DNA from: Torpedo marmorata
Taxonomy: Eukaryota
Assembly (NCBI GenBank): GCA_977017645.1
Contig: OZ360220.1
Span: forward strand, 94,054,001-94,118,000
Reading direction: 5' to 3'
DNA length: 64,000 bases
Position 1 is the first letter of the stretch. The number at the start of each line of letters is the position of its first letter. The position numbers and the translations under genes are program-made. Positions 51,060-62,570 of the stretch are shown here, in pieces. The notes beneath the pieces were generated by a model. That model did no database searches. It was not told where the DNA came from and saw only the letters and a program-made list of their open reading frames with translations.

Positions 51060-52026
51060 GCACTTTGTGATTTTTATAAATGACCTGGACGAAGAAGTAG
51101 AGGGATGGGTCAGTAGGTTTGCAAATGATACGAAGGTTGGAGTTGTTGTGGATAGCGTTGAAGGTTGTCGTAGGTTACAACAGGATACAGAGTTGGGCAT
51201 AAAAGTTGCAGATGGAGTTCAATCCAGATAAGTGTGAGGTGATGCATTTTGAAAGGTCAAACTTTAAGGCAGAGTACATGATTAATGGTAGGATACTTGT
51301 GTGCAAGAACACAGTGTGGAAGAACAGAGGGACCTCGGTGTCCAAATCCATACATCTCTCAAGGTTGCCACGCAGGTTGATCGGATAGTTAAGAAGGCCT
51401 ATGGGATGCTGGGCTTCATTAGTCGGGGGATTGAGTTCACGAGTCGTGAGGTGATGTTGCAGCTCTATAAATCTCTGGTTAGACCACACTTGGAATATTG
51501 TGTTCAGTTCTGGTCACTTCATTACAGGAAGGATGTGGAAGCTATGGAGAGGGTGCAGAGGAGATTTACCAGGAAGTTGCCTGGCTTGGAGAAAGTATCT
51601 TATGAAGCAAGGTTAGCAGAGCTAGGGCTTTTCTCTTTGGAGCGAAGAAGGATGAGAGGCGACTTAATGGAGGTCTACAAGATTCTGAGGCATAGATAAG
51701 GTGGACAGCCAGTGCTTTTTTCCCAGGGTAGGAGTAGCAAGCACCAGAGGACATTTATACAAAGTGAAGAGAGGAAAGTTTATGGGAGATATCGGGTACG
51801 TTTTTTACACAGAGAGTTGTGGGTGCCTGGAATGCATTGTCAGGGGTGATGGTGGAGTCTGGTACAATAGGAGCATTTAAGAGACTCTTAGACAGGCACA
51901 AGGATGAAAGAATAATAGAGGGTTATGAGGTAAGGCGGGTGTATTTTTTCTTTGGTAGGTATATATAGGTCGGCACAACATCGTGGGCCGAAGGCCCTGT
52001 ACTGTGCTGTAATGTTCTATGTTCTA
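51060..52026 (+). mobile_element. CR1 3' fragment
   Basis: QMEFNPDKC, LVRPHLEYCVQFWS, tail GTTCTATGTTCTA. Confidence 0.88.
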
Positions 52027-53054
52027 AAACATATCAGTAAATTTTATAATCTTTATGATCCCTTGATGTACATTCTGCTATTTTATAATTATCAAATAAT
52101 TCAAGCAAAGCAACTGGAACAAATTAGCACTAGAGACTTTTTTTTCTTAAGCACAATTAAACACTGCCTTCTCATGTAATTACTCTGAACAACTTATAAT
52201 TAACAGAGAGAGGCTGTATTTAAGACAGACGTGCAGAGAATTGTCCATTTGTCTGACGATTCCTTAATAACCATCAAGGCAACTCTGGTCACCACAGCAC
52301 TGCAGTTTAAACCAGCAACCTTAAACAGTGGGATCTGAAACATATCAAAGAACAATCAATTCATCATTGGAGGCAGATCTCAGAAATTCCACTGTGTGGA
52401 CCTGCTTTCATTTTTCTTTGCTACTTCCTTCCGTTGTTTTTTCTCCACACTTGGCATTGAACTTCTCAGCTGCCTCGACTCCTCTAGCTTGGGGAAGAGT
52501 CCAGTGGAAAGTTAGTCTACCAAGTGATGTAAAAATGCATTTTCTTCATAGTGATGTTTGAAATGCGGCACTTAATAGCTACAGGAGACTGCAAATGCTC
52601 GAATCTGAAGCTAAAAACAAACTGTTGGAGGAATGTTTAGCTTCAGATTCCAACCTCTGCAGTCTCTGACTGGAACCGCTGAGTTTCTCCAGCAGATTGT
52701 GTTTACCTTCATCGCTACAATTGGGTAATGCTGGCATGTAAATTTGTTGCATCAACTTCTTGTTTCCTATTAGCACTCACAGAACGTGAGCATAGCATTC
52801 ATTGCCCGTCTCTCATGGCCCTTGACTTGAATGGATTCACACACTTTTTCAGAGCACGTTGAAGAGTTAACCAAATGAGATTCCCATCCTTTAGCAATCT
52901 GGCATTCACCATCTAAACGCTCCACTCCCAATTTCATTTAATTATTTCATTCATGTAACAGAGTTGTACAACACAGAAACAGGCCCTTCAACCCACTGTG
53001 GCTGACCTTCATACCATTCTAGACTCATCCCATTTGTTTACATTGGGACTGTAC

Positions 53055-53587
53055 CCCATCCCATTCCCTTAAGACATGTCTGTCCATGGTCTCATGCACT
53101 GCCAGACTGAGACCACCCACAAATTGGAGGAACAACACCTCATATTCCATCTGGGCACCCTCCAACCGGATGGCATTAGCATCGACTTCTCCAGTTTCCA
53201 TTAGTACCCCACCCCCCCCACCCCCATCATTCCCTATGTCTCCTTCCTGGAGTTCTATCTCTCTCTCTTCTCTTTTCCCTCTGTCTCTTTTATCCTAGCT
53301 CTGCATTCACAGAGCCAAACTCCCCCTCCCCCAGTCAATTCTCACCTTTCCTCTCTCCTGTCCTCCTCTCCATGTACAATTAACATCTCTTGTCTGTACT
53401 CCTCCCCCTGCCTTTTCTTTTAATTCAGATGCCTGCCTGCTTTTTCTCATATCTTAAAGAAGGGCTTAGGCCCAAAACGTCGGTTATATATCTTTACCTC
53501 CTATGGACAATGCGAGACCAGCTGAGTTTCTCCAGCATTTCTGTGTTTTTATTACAATCTCAGCGTCTGCAGACTTTCATGTTTCGT
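53055..53587 (+). mobile_element. Penelope-like 3' fragment
   Basis: Same organisation as 50385-50932. Confidence 0.75.
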
Positions 53588-53750
53588 TGTACGCTTCTCT
53601 GCCTTGCTATTTAAACATCGATCTGAATGCCTCTTAAATGTGGTGATTGCATCTGACTCCACCACCTCCTCTGTGATCTTTCCAGAACAAGCAAGTTAAA
53701 AATGGTGAGAGAATGAATAATTTTGACACATCACTAGTGGAAATATTCAC

Positions 53751-53985
53751 TGATGCACCATCAATAACTCCGAAAGACTAGAAGTTAGGCAAGAACTGAT
53801 CGGCTTTTATTCACATTGGAATGGATGCACACTCCTGGTGGTCGTCTGAGCTGGACTGGGGAAGGGAGCCGTGGCACAATAGCCTTTATTCAGGGGTCTG
53901 TGGGAGGAGCCACAGATACAGTCAGTAAGGGGCGTGTCCAGACGACCATAAACATATATACATGTATTTACAGTGGTTTACCACA
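53751..53985 (-). repeat. Gypsy 3' LTR
   Basis: Direct repeat of 58669-58901; about 10 substitutions and 2 indels by manual count. Confidence 0.92.
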
Positions 53986-56900
53986 TTCACCCCTCCTTTC
54001 TAAAAAGAGTTCTGCGGGGTGAAGTGAATTAAAGTTCTCACAGATTCAGTCTTTCAGGTGGTCTTGTCTGCCGCTGCGTCTGTCGTAGTACCGGCTGCGG
54101 CGCAGCTGTTGCCTCCAGTCCTGAGTGGACCACCTGTGTGTTGTCGGCTCTGTCTTGGTGGATGCATGGCGGCGAAGTATCTGGCAAGTCCTCCCCAGGA
54201 GCTAGGGTCACTTGCCATGGTAAGGGTGCATCGTGGGTGGCGGTGGGTGGGGAGGGGGCAGAGCGGTCGTTTGTGGTGTCAGGGACTCCTGAGGGTGCCA
54301 GGTCCCGAACGTAGACCGTGTCCTCCCGCCCATCAGGATACGTCATATAGGCGTATTGGGGGTTGGCGTGGAGGAGGTGGACCCTTCCGACCAGTGGGTC
54401 CTGCTTATGGCTCCTCGCGTGCCTCCGGAGTAGGACCGGCTCTGGGGGTATCAGCTAGGATGGCAGTGTGGTCCCTGAAGCGGACTTCCTAGGAAAGGAA
54501 AACATTCTCTCATGTGGAGTGGCATTGATGGCTGTGCACAAGAGTGATCTGATGGAATGGAGTGCCTCGGGGAGTACCTCTTGCCAGCGGGAGACTGGAA
54601 GACCTCTTGACCTTAGGGCTAGGAGGGTGGCCTTCCAAATGGTAGTGTTCTCCCTCTCCACCTGCCCGTTCCCTCGGGGATTATAACTGGTGGTCCTACT
54701 CGTGGCGATGCCGCTGGCCAGCAGGTACTGACGCAGCTCAATACTCATAAAAGAGGACCCCCAGTCGCTATGGATCTAGCAGGGGTACCCGAAGAGGGTG
54801 AAAAGGTTGCGTGGGACCTTGATGACTATGGCTGTGGTCATGTCCGGGCAGGGAATGGCGAAGGGGAAACGTGAGTACTCATCAATAATGTTGAGGAAGT
54901 ACACATTGCGGTCAGAGGAGGGGAGGGGTCCCTTGAAGTCAACGCTCAGGCGTTCAAAGGGGCGGGTGGCTTTTATCAGGTGCGCTCTGTCTGGTCGGTA
55001 GAAGTGCGGTTTGCACTCTGCACAGATCTGGCAGTTCCTGGTCATGGTCCTGACCTCCTCGATGGAGTAAGGTAGGTTGTAGGCTTTTATAAAATGGAAG
55101 AATCTGGTGACCCCGGGATGGCAGAGGTCGCCGTGGAGGGCTTGTAGGCGGTATATTTGTGCGCTGGCACATGTTCCACGGGAAAGGGCATCTGGGGGCT
55201 CATTGAATTTACCAGGCCGGTACAAGATATCGTAATTGTAAGTGGAAAGTTCAATTCTCCTCCTCAGAATCTTGTCGTTCTTAATTTTACCTCGCTGTTG
55301 GATATTAAACATAAACGCAACTGAACGTTGGTCAGTTAGCAAGGTAAGCCGTTTTCCGGTGAGGTAGTGCCTCCAGTGCCGCACCGCCTCAACAATGGCT
55401 TGGGCCTCTTTCTCGACAGAGGAGTGTCAGATTTCTGGGCCTTGGAGGGTGCGGGAAAAGAAAGCTACAGGTCTGCCCTCTTGGTTGAGGGTGGCGGCCA
55501 GGGCAAAATCGAACGCATCGCTCTCCACCTGGAACGGGTTGGATTCGTCCACAGCATGCATCGCGGCCTTGGCGATGTCCGCTTTGATGCGGCTGAAGGC
55601 CACACGGGCCTCTGACATCAGGGGAAAAGAGGTGGATTTGATGAGGGGGCGGGCCTTGTCCGCATAATAGGGGACCCACTGGGCAACATAGGAAAAGAAG
55701 CCCAGGCACCTTTTCAGGGCTTTGTGGCTGTGGGGATGTTGGAGTTCCAACAGGGGGCGCATGCGGTCTGGGTCTGGGCCAATCACTCCATCCTGTATGA
55801 CGCAGCCAAGGATGGCCAGGCATGTTGTGCCAAAGACGCTTTTATCCCTATTATAAGTAAGTTTTCGGAGCCTGGCGGTCTGAAGGAATTTTTGGAGGTT
55901 GGCTTCATGATCCTGTAGGTCATGGCCGCAAATGGTGATATTATTCAGATACGGGAATGTGGCCTGCAGCCTGTACTGGTCGACCATGTGGTCCATCTCC
56001 CGCTGGAAGACCGATACCCCGTTGGTGACACCAAAGACCAAAGGAGACCCTCAGGAAATGATAGAGGTGGCCAGCTGCCTCAAAGGCAGGGTATTGGCAG
56101 TCCGCCGGTCAGATGGGGAGTTGGTGGTATGCCGACTTTAAGTCGATGGTGGAGAATACTTGGTATTGGGCGATCTGGTTCACCATGTCGGCTATGCGGG
56201 GGAGGGGGTACGCATCCAGCTGCGTATATCTATTGATGGTCTGACTATAATCGATGACCATCCTGTTCGTTTCCCCATTTTTTACGACTACCACTTGGGC
56301 TCTCCAGGGGCTGGTGCTGGCTTCGATGATCCCTTCCTTCAATAGCCGTTGCACTTCCGACCTGATAAAGGCACTGTATCGCCTACTTTTGGAGGCCACG
56401 GGTTTGCATTCGGGGGTACGATTAGCGAACAACGGTGGGGGGGGGGCGATCCGGAGGGTAGAAAGGTCGCAGGTCGCGCGCGGTGGGCGGTCGGCGGGTT
56501 GCTGGCTGGACGCAATGGGAGGGGGACCCGGGGATCTTCTGTGGGTGACTTGCGATGGGCGGTTCACAAACTGCGGATTACAGACGGTAAGAGGTGGATG
56601 GGGCCCATCGTACTCCAACGTCACGCTTTTAAGGTGACATTGGAAGTCTAGCCCCAGTTGCACGTCCGCGCAGAGCTGTGTCATGACTAATAACTTAAAG
56701 TTTTTATATTCTGTGCCCAGTACAGTCAGGGTCACTATACAGTACCCGCGGATCTCTGCTGTGTGAAACTTGGAAGCCATGGAGATTTTGTGGCTTTACC
56801 GGCGTTACCGCGAGTCGGTAACACTGTACTGTGTCGGGGTGAATAAAGCTCTCCGTGCTCCCACTGTCGTAAAGGCAGCTCGTCCTGTGGCCATCTACAT

Positions 56901-57806
56901 CAATGTCCATCATCGATCTGGCCAGTTGATGGGGGCTCCCTTGATCGAGAGTGATGGAGGCCAGTACAGAGTCACTGTCGGATTCTGTAGGGGTGATGCG
57001 ATGCTCGGGTGTTCAGTCCCAAGATGGCGGCCCCCATGGTTCGCACGCGGCGCTGCCGGGTCAGGAAGTTGGCGTCGTCAAAGATGGTGGCCCCCATGGT
57101 TCACACACGACGCTGCAGGGTGGGGAAGATGGCATCATCCAAGATGGCGGCTCCCATGGTTCGCACGCAGCGCTGCTGGGTTGGGAAGATGGCGTCATCC
57201 AAGATGGCGGCGGCGTCCAAGATGGCGGCGCCCTCTGCTCGCACGCGGTGCTGCTGGGTCTAGCGGGCGGTTGGGACTTATAGACTTTCGCGTAGTGCCC
57301 CTTCTTCCTGCAGTTAGCGCAGACCGCGTCTTTCACCGGGCAGCGTTTCCGTGGGTGCTTATTCGATCCGCAGAAGTAGCACTTCGGCTGGTTGCGGGTC
57401 ATAGCAGCCGTGGTTGAGTCGGTAACGGAACGTGGCGGTGTTCCACAGGCTTGCGACCCTCCCGCGTCCCAAGATGGCGATGCCCGCTGCAACCACGGTG
57501 TGGCCGAGTACGCGTCCATGCTTTGGAGGGCCACTTCTAATGTGTGCGCTAGGTGCACAGGCTTCTGCAAGTCGAGCTCACCTTGCTCCAAAAGTTTCTG
57601 CCTTATGTAGTTCGATCGGATACCGGCAACATAGGCATCCCTTATGAGGTTCTCTGTGTACGTCGCGGCCGTAACGGCCGCGCAGTTGCAGGCCCGTCCG
57701 AGGGTTCGCAGGGCTAGTAAGTATTCATCACTCAATTCCCCAGGTCGCTGTTTTCGGGTAGCTAGGAGATGTCTTGCTTAGACTTGGTTTACCTTCTTCA
57801 GGAGTA

Positions 57807-58407
57807 AAACACGAAAATCTGTAGACACCGTTGTTGAAGTAAAAAAACACAAATGCTGGAGAAACTCAGCAGGTCAAACAGTGTCTTTTATGTAGCAAAG
57901 GTAGAAATACATAACCGACATTTCGGGCTTGAGCCCTTCATCAAAGTATGAGAAAATGCCGGCAGGCGTCCGAACAAAAGAGTGAGGGTGGGGGAAGGGG
58001 GGGGTGGAAAAGGCAGGAGATGATAGGTGGAGAAAGGAGGGAGGGGACAGCAGCAAAGAGGGGGAGGAGGAATGGCTGGGTGGGTGGAAAAAAACAGGAA
58101 GGACAGGTGAGGGGGGAGGGGAAGGAAACGACAAGCAGGTTTAGTGGAAAGCAGAAAAGTCAATGTTAATGCCATCTGGCTGGAGAGTGCCCAGACGGAA
58201 AATGAGATGTTTTTCCTCCAATTTGCGGGTAGTCTGGGTGGGATAGTACATAAGGCCATGGACAGACATGTGAGTGTGGGAGTGTGACCCGGAATTGAAA
58301 TGGTTGGCTACTGGGAGGTCGCTGTTGTTGCGGTCGGAGAGGAGGTGCTCAGCAAAGCGATGTCCCAATCTACGACCGGTCTCTCCGATGTAGAGAAAGC
58401 CACAAAG
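57807..58407 (-). mobile_element. Penelope-like 3' fragment inserted in Gypsy gag
   Basis: GIY-YIG motif LYIGETGRRL...; candidate TSD GGAGTA (57801-57806 / 58408-58413). Confidence 0.88.
57909..57950 (-). ncRNA. Minimal hammerhead-ribozyme-like motif in PLE terminal repeat
   Basis: Minus strand CATACT-TTGATGA-A-GGGC-TCAA-GCCC-GAAAT-GTC-GGTTATG: core boxes plus perfect stem II. Confidence 0.65.
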
Positions 58408-58668
58408 GGAGTATTGGCCTTTTAGCGTCTCCATTGCCTCCTGGTAAGATTCAGCGTCCCTGATCATCAAGTATACCCGGGGCCCGACCCAGGAATGTTG
58501 TAGTTTGTCGTCTTCCGATTGGACGACAGTAGCAGAGGCCCTCAAGAATGCCTCGAAACAACGCAGCCAGTGTTCGAAACAGTTGGATGCCTCAGGTGAT
58601 TGAGGGTCTAGCTCCAACTTTTCTGGTTTCAGGTACTGATCCATTATCAAAAACAATGTGAATAAAAT

Positions 58669-58901
58669 TGATGCACCATCAATAACTCCAAAGACTAGAA
58701 GTTAGACAGGAACTGATAGGCTTTTATTCACATTGGAATGGATGCACACTCCTGGTGGTCGTCTGAGCTGGAATGGGGAGGGAGCTGTGGCACAATAACC
58801 TTTATTCAGGGGTTTGTGGGAGGAGCCACAGGTACAGCCAGTAAGGGGCGTGTCCAGACGACCATAAACATATATACATGTATTTACAGTGGTTCACCAC
58901 A
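58669..58901 (-). repeat. Gypsy 5' LTR
   Basis: Direct repeat of 53751-53985. Confidence 0.92.
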
Positions 58902-59261
58902 TTCACCTCACTGAATTGACAGTGAATGTTCTGTGCAAATCTACTGACCAGAGTAATTCTGGCCCTCATGACCAAATCCTTGTCCAGGTGTGATTTACAG
59001 TACTGGTGAAAGAAAAAGGTGGAGATCAACTTCAGAGCAGGGTGGGAACAAGATCGCAACTTCATGCTGCTCAGCCTTTTAGTTAATCTTGTTCGAATGT
59101 GGCATGATATTTTTTAAACCTGGCGTCATCAAGCAATGGTAGACATAATTGTAACTAGATTTTAGATGCAGGAGTAAGACAGGATAGGCTGTTCAATCCT
59201 TCCCATCTGTTGCACAGGAATGCTGATTACTGATTACAACAGCAACCTGCCCAAAGAAGTT

Positions 59262-60950
59262 GTAAAACACAAGAACTGCAGATGCTGGAACCTTGAGCAA
59301 ACAATGAGTTTGAAGAAGTGGTCAGTCAACATTACAGGTCAGGACCTTTATCGAGACTAAAGTGGGAAAGGAAGGTTTCAAGAAGTAAGACACAAAAGTC
59401 TGCAGACACCATGGTTGATAACTTGATGAAGGGCTCAAGCCCAAAATGTTGGTTATGTATTTTTATCTTTGCTATATAAAGGACACTGTTTGACCTGCTG
59501 AGTTTCTCCAGCATTGTGTTTTTACAAGGGAGGTTTCAAGTATATCAAGGGATAGAAGAAACTGGGGAGGGGCTTAGAGATGAAAGAGTATTGGACAGAA
59601 GGTGGGAGAGGTGAAGCGAGAGACCACTAGGAGGAGGAAGGTCAGAGAGAAAAATAGGAACAGGAGAAGTTAAAGAGGGAATGGAAACAGAGGAAATGCA
59701 TGGAGGTGGGGTTTGGAAAATCAATGTTCATGTCATTGGGTTTAAGGCTATCCAGGAGGACTCCTCAGGTTACATTTGGCCTTAGCCTGGCAATGGATTA
59801 AGCTGGAGGTAGGCATATCTCTGTGGGAATATTGAAGGAAATGGAAATGATTGGCTACAGGGAGCTCAAGCTTTAGTCTCATAGGCAGAGCACGGGAGTC
59901 GGCAAATTCTTCACCTAAACTACGTTTAGTCTTCGAAGTTGGCGGAAGTGTCGGAAGATAATGTCTGGAATTCAGAGGAAGCAGAATGCTAAAGCCCTCA
60001 CCTGTATCTCCTCCATTTCTCATACTTTTGCTCTCACTCCACCTCTCCCCAGGCAGAACAATGCCAGAGTTCCTCTGGTCCTCACTTTCCACCCCAACAG
60101 CCTTCACATTCAACACTATATCCTCAAACACTTCTGCCAACCAGCACGATCCCACTACCAGCCACATCTTCCCATCTCCACCACTATCCAGTTTTCACAG
60201 GAATAAGTTTCTCCGAGACTCCCTGGTCCGCTCTTCCCTCCCCACCTACCCTTCCACCCTTAGACGCTTCCTGCTGTAACCACGGAAAACGTAAAACCTG
60301 TCCCTACATCTCCCCCCTTCACCTCCATCCAGGGCCACAAACACATCTTCCAGGTGAGGCAGAGTTTTACCTGCACATTGTCTGACCTGACCCACTGTAA
60401 TTGCTGCACTAGGTGTGGTCTCCTCTACATTGGGGAGACCAAACCCAGATTGGGGACTGCTTCATTGAATTCCTGTGCGGGTCTAAACTTGAGCTTCCTG
60501 TACCAACCATTTTAACTCCCCCAACCGTTTCCACAGTGACATGTCTGTCCTCAGCCTCATCCATTGTTAAGGTGAGGCCAAACGTAAACTTGAGGAACAG
60601 CACATCAGATTTCTCCTGATCAGCCTTAAACCGATAGGCATGAACATACATGTTTTTAACTGTAGGTAACCCCACCTCCCTCTGGTTCCACGCTTTCCAT
60701 TTCTTCTTTACCCATTCCCATTCTTACACTTCATTCCAACCCCACCCTCCCCGCCCCATCCAGTGGTCTCTCCCTCTACCGGTCTCTCCACCTCTCCTAC
60801 CTTCTGTCCAATACCCTCTCACCTCTTAGATTCTTCTACTCCTTGATTTAGTTCTTATCTTCCCTTCCCACTTTAGTCTCGCTAAAGAGTCCCGCCCCGA
60901 AGCGTTGACTGACCATTTCTACCCACAGATGCTGCCTGAGTTCCTCCAGC
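59262..60950. mobile_element. Older Penelope-like element with inverted arms
   Basis: ~59262-59960 (minus) mirrors the 3' part of ~59960-60950 (plus): CCCACTTTAGTCTCG at both 59354-59368 (rc) and ~60867-60881; VPLVLTFHP and GIY-YIG remnants. Confidence 0.75.
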
Positions 60951-61961
60951 CACTCAGAGTTTGCCCAGAAAAGCTGTTGAGGCTGGTGGTAAACACCTCT
61001 GCACTGAGACTGGTGGATTTACTTTTGTCGTAAGGCGAGGTATTAATAGTTCTGAAAAGAGCTGAGCAATTGGAGTAGAGCAGAACTCGAAGTGAAAGGT
61101 GCAATCGGCCAGAGGATGTGAATGTCCCTACAGCTGTGTGTGCAGATTAATAGAAGACTTCTCCTGTTTCAGCAACGTACAAGGAACCAGGCAACTTTGT
61201 GCCATTTGATTCCAGGGTATGACCTGCGTTGCGTTGTTCATTTGTGCTCACTCTGAACTCCCTGACAAATTGCAAGAAGTTTATTTCACCTGAAATCCTT
61301 AGAGATACAAAGAGTTGTCTATTAATTAACACAATCTTGAGTCAAATTCAACCTCTGCTTCCAAAATCAAGCCGTTAGTTTCACACACCTCAGCCCTGAG
61401 AAACTGCCATCCACAACTTCCTGCTCGCAATAGGAGCATTGGTTAAGGTAAAGGTAAAGGTTCCATTATTGTCACGTAATACTACATTTAGAATGTAACA
61501 TAAATGAAATTCTTTTTTAATTTTTGTCTACCGTAAGGCAGACAGAGGGTCGCTTCCTGATTGGTCACTGTACTGATATCTAGATTCTCCTGCTCCATTA
61601 CCAGCCAAGTAATTAAAGAGATATTTGTGCATTTTGAACGATGAACTGACAGCAGTTTGTTCAAAAGAACACATAATTATGCTTTTATAAAGCACAGAAA
61701 GAGATTGGAACTATGCGGTAACAAATGAGCTGACAAGATATGAAATAAAAATAAAGTTCATGACCGAAACACTCTCACTATAATCTACCCTTCTCTAGTA
61801 CATCTTAATGGCATATTTGGTTTTGAAATAAAATTAATCCCTTGGACATAACATGATTTTGTAACAAGTTATTCTGTCGAATACCATCTCGTTTGATTTG
61901 AAAGAAGTGAACACTTTGCAGGCATGCTGAATTTTATTTCAATTTCTCCCGCTTTTCCCAG

Positions 61962-62165
61962 GATTCACTCGGCCCAGCTTGAAAAGCGTTAAGAATGAGA
62001 GATCCTCTTATTTTCGGAGGAAGGAGAAGAGGTTTCGATTCTTCATCAGGCGCATGGTGAAATCGCAGACCTTTTATTGGATTGTCCTGTGTGTGGTGGG
62101 ACTTAACACTTTCTGCGTTGCAATTGTCCACTATGACCAGCCTATGTGGCTCACGGAGGCACTAT
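61962..62165 (+). CDS. CACNA1B: Internal coding exon (204 bp, phase 1-1) of voltage-gated N-type calcium channel alpha-1B (Cav2.2): end of I-II linker and IIS1
   Basis: Polypyrimidine tract plus CAG acceptor (AG at 61960-61961) and GTAAGT donor at 62166. Translation (G)[67 protein letters not shown](Y); [19 protein letters not shown] and LCVV fit 1B better than 1A or 1E as I recall those proteins. Confidence 0.9.
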
Positions 62166-62324
62166 GTAAGTTGATGCAAAGCCGTCCAAAGCTTATTTTC
62201 ATGTATATTTTCATTTTAGTTAAAAAGATAGATTTTCAAAATTCCTGATGAAAATTGTTATTATCAATGAAGCTATTATCTCCGTGCTTAAAAGGGATGC
62301 CGAGAACAGAAATGCATGCAGAGG

Positions 62325-62570
62325 AAAGTTTTTAGCCAGAGGGTGGTATATCTTTGGAATTTGTTGCCACAGGCGGTTGTGGAGGCCAGGTCATTGGGTG
62401 TATTTAAGGCAGAGACTGATAGGTTCTTGATTCGCCAGGGCATCAAAAATTATGGGGAAAAGGCCGGGCTGTGGGGCTGAGTGGGAAAATGGATCGGCTC
62501 ATGATTCAAAGTCGGGGCAGCCTCGATGGGCTGAATAGCCTATTTCTGCTCCTATGTCTTATGGTCTTAT
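62325..62570 (+). mobile_element. CR1 3' end
   Basis: Homologous to 18095-18330; tail TCTTATGGTCTTAT. Confidence 0.8.

Larger units (their letters stand above)
54038..58644 (-). pseudogene. Gypsy gag-pol, disrupted
   Basis: Gag MDQYLKPEKL..., zinc knuckles CYFCG...H..C / CANC...GH; protease LYDSGS; RT SPWRAQVVVV, IDLKSAYHQ, FGVTNG; RNase H ESDAFD; integrase H-H-C-C, SVDFKGP, GNGQVER. In-frame TGA at ~56109 and a 7-bp duplication frameshift at ~56030-56043. Confidence 0.92.
53751..58901 (-). mobile_element. Full-length decayed Ty3/Gypsy LTR retrotransposon
   Basis: Two TG..CA LTRs, 5-bp TSD TTCAC (53746-53750 / 58902-58906), PPT AAAGGAGGGGTGAA next to the 3' LTR, domain order gag-PR-RT-RNaseH-IN. 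Confidence 0.95.

Noticed and set aside
57009-57263. Plus-strand ORF with repeated KMAA units
   Set aside because: Antisense shadow of the Gypsy coding repeat; no independent evidence of coding.
58141-58656. Apparent Gag-GIY-YIG fusion ORF
   Set aside because: Chance in-frame junction made by a PLE fragment inserted in gag; the same PLE piece exists alone at 11080-11662.
61046-61080. TAG|TT CTG AAA AGA GCT resembling the start of the preceding CACNA1B exon (VLKRA)
   Set aside because: In-frame TAG follows after about eight codons, there is no polypyrimidine tract and no further similarity.
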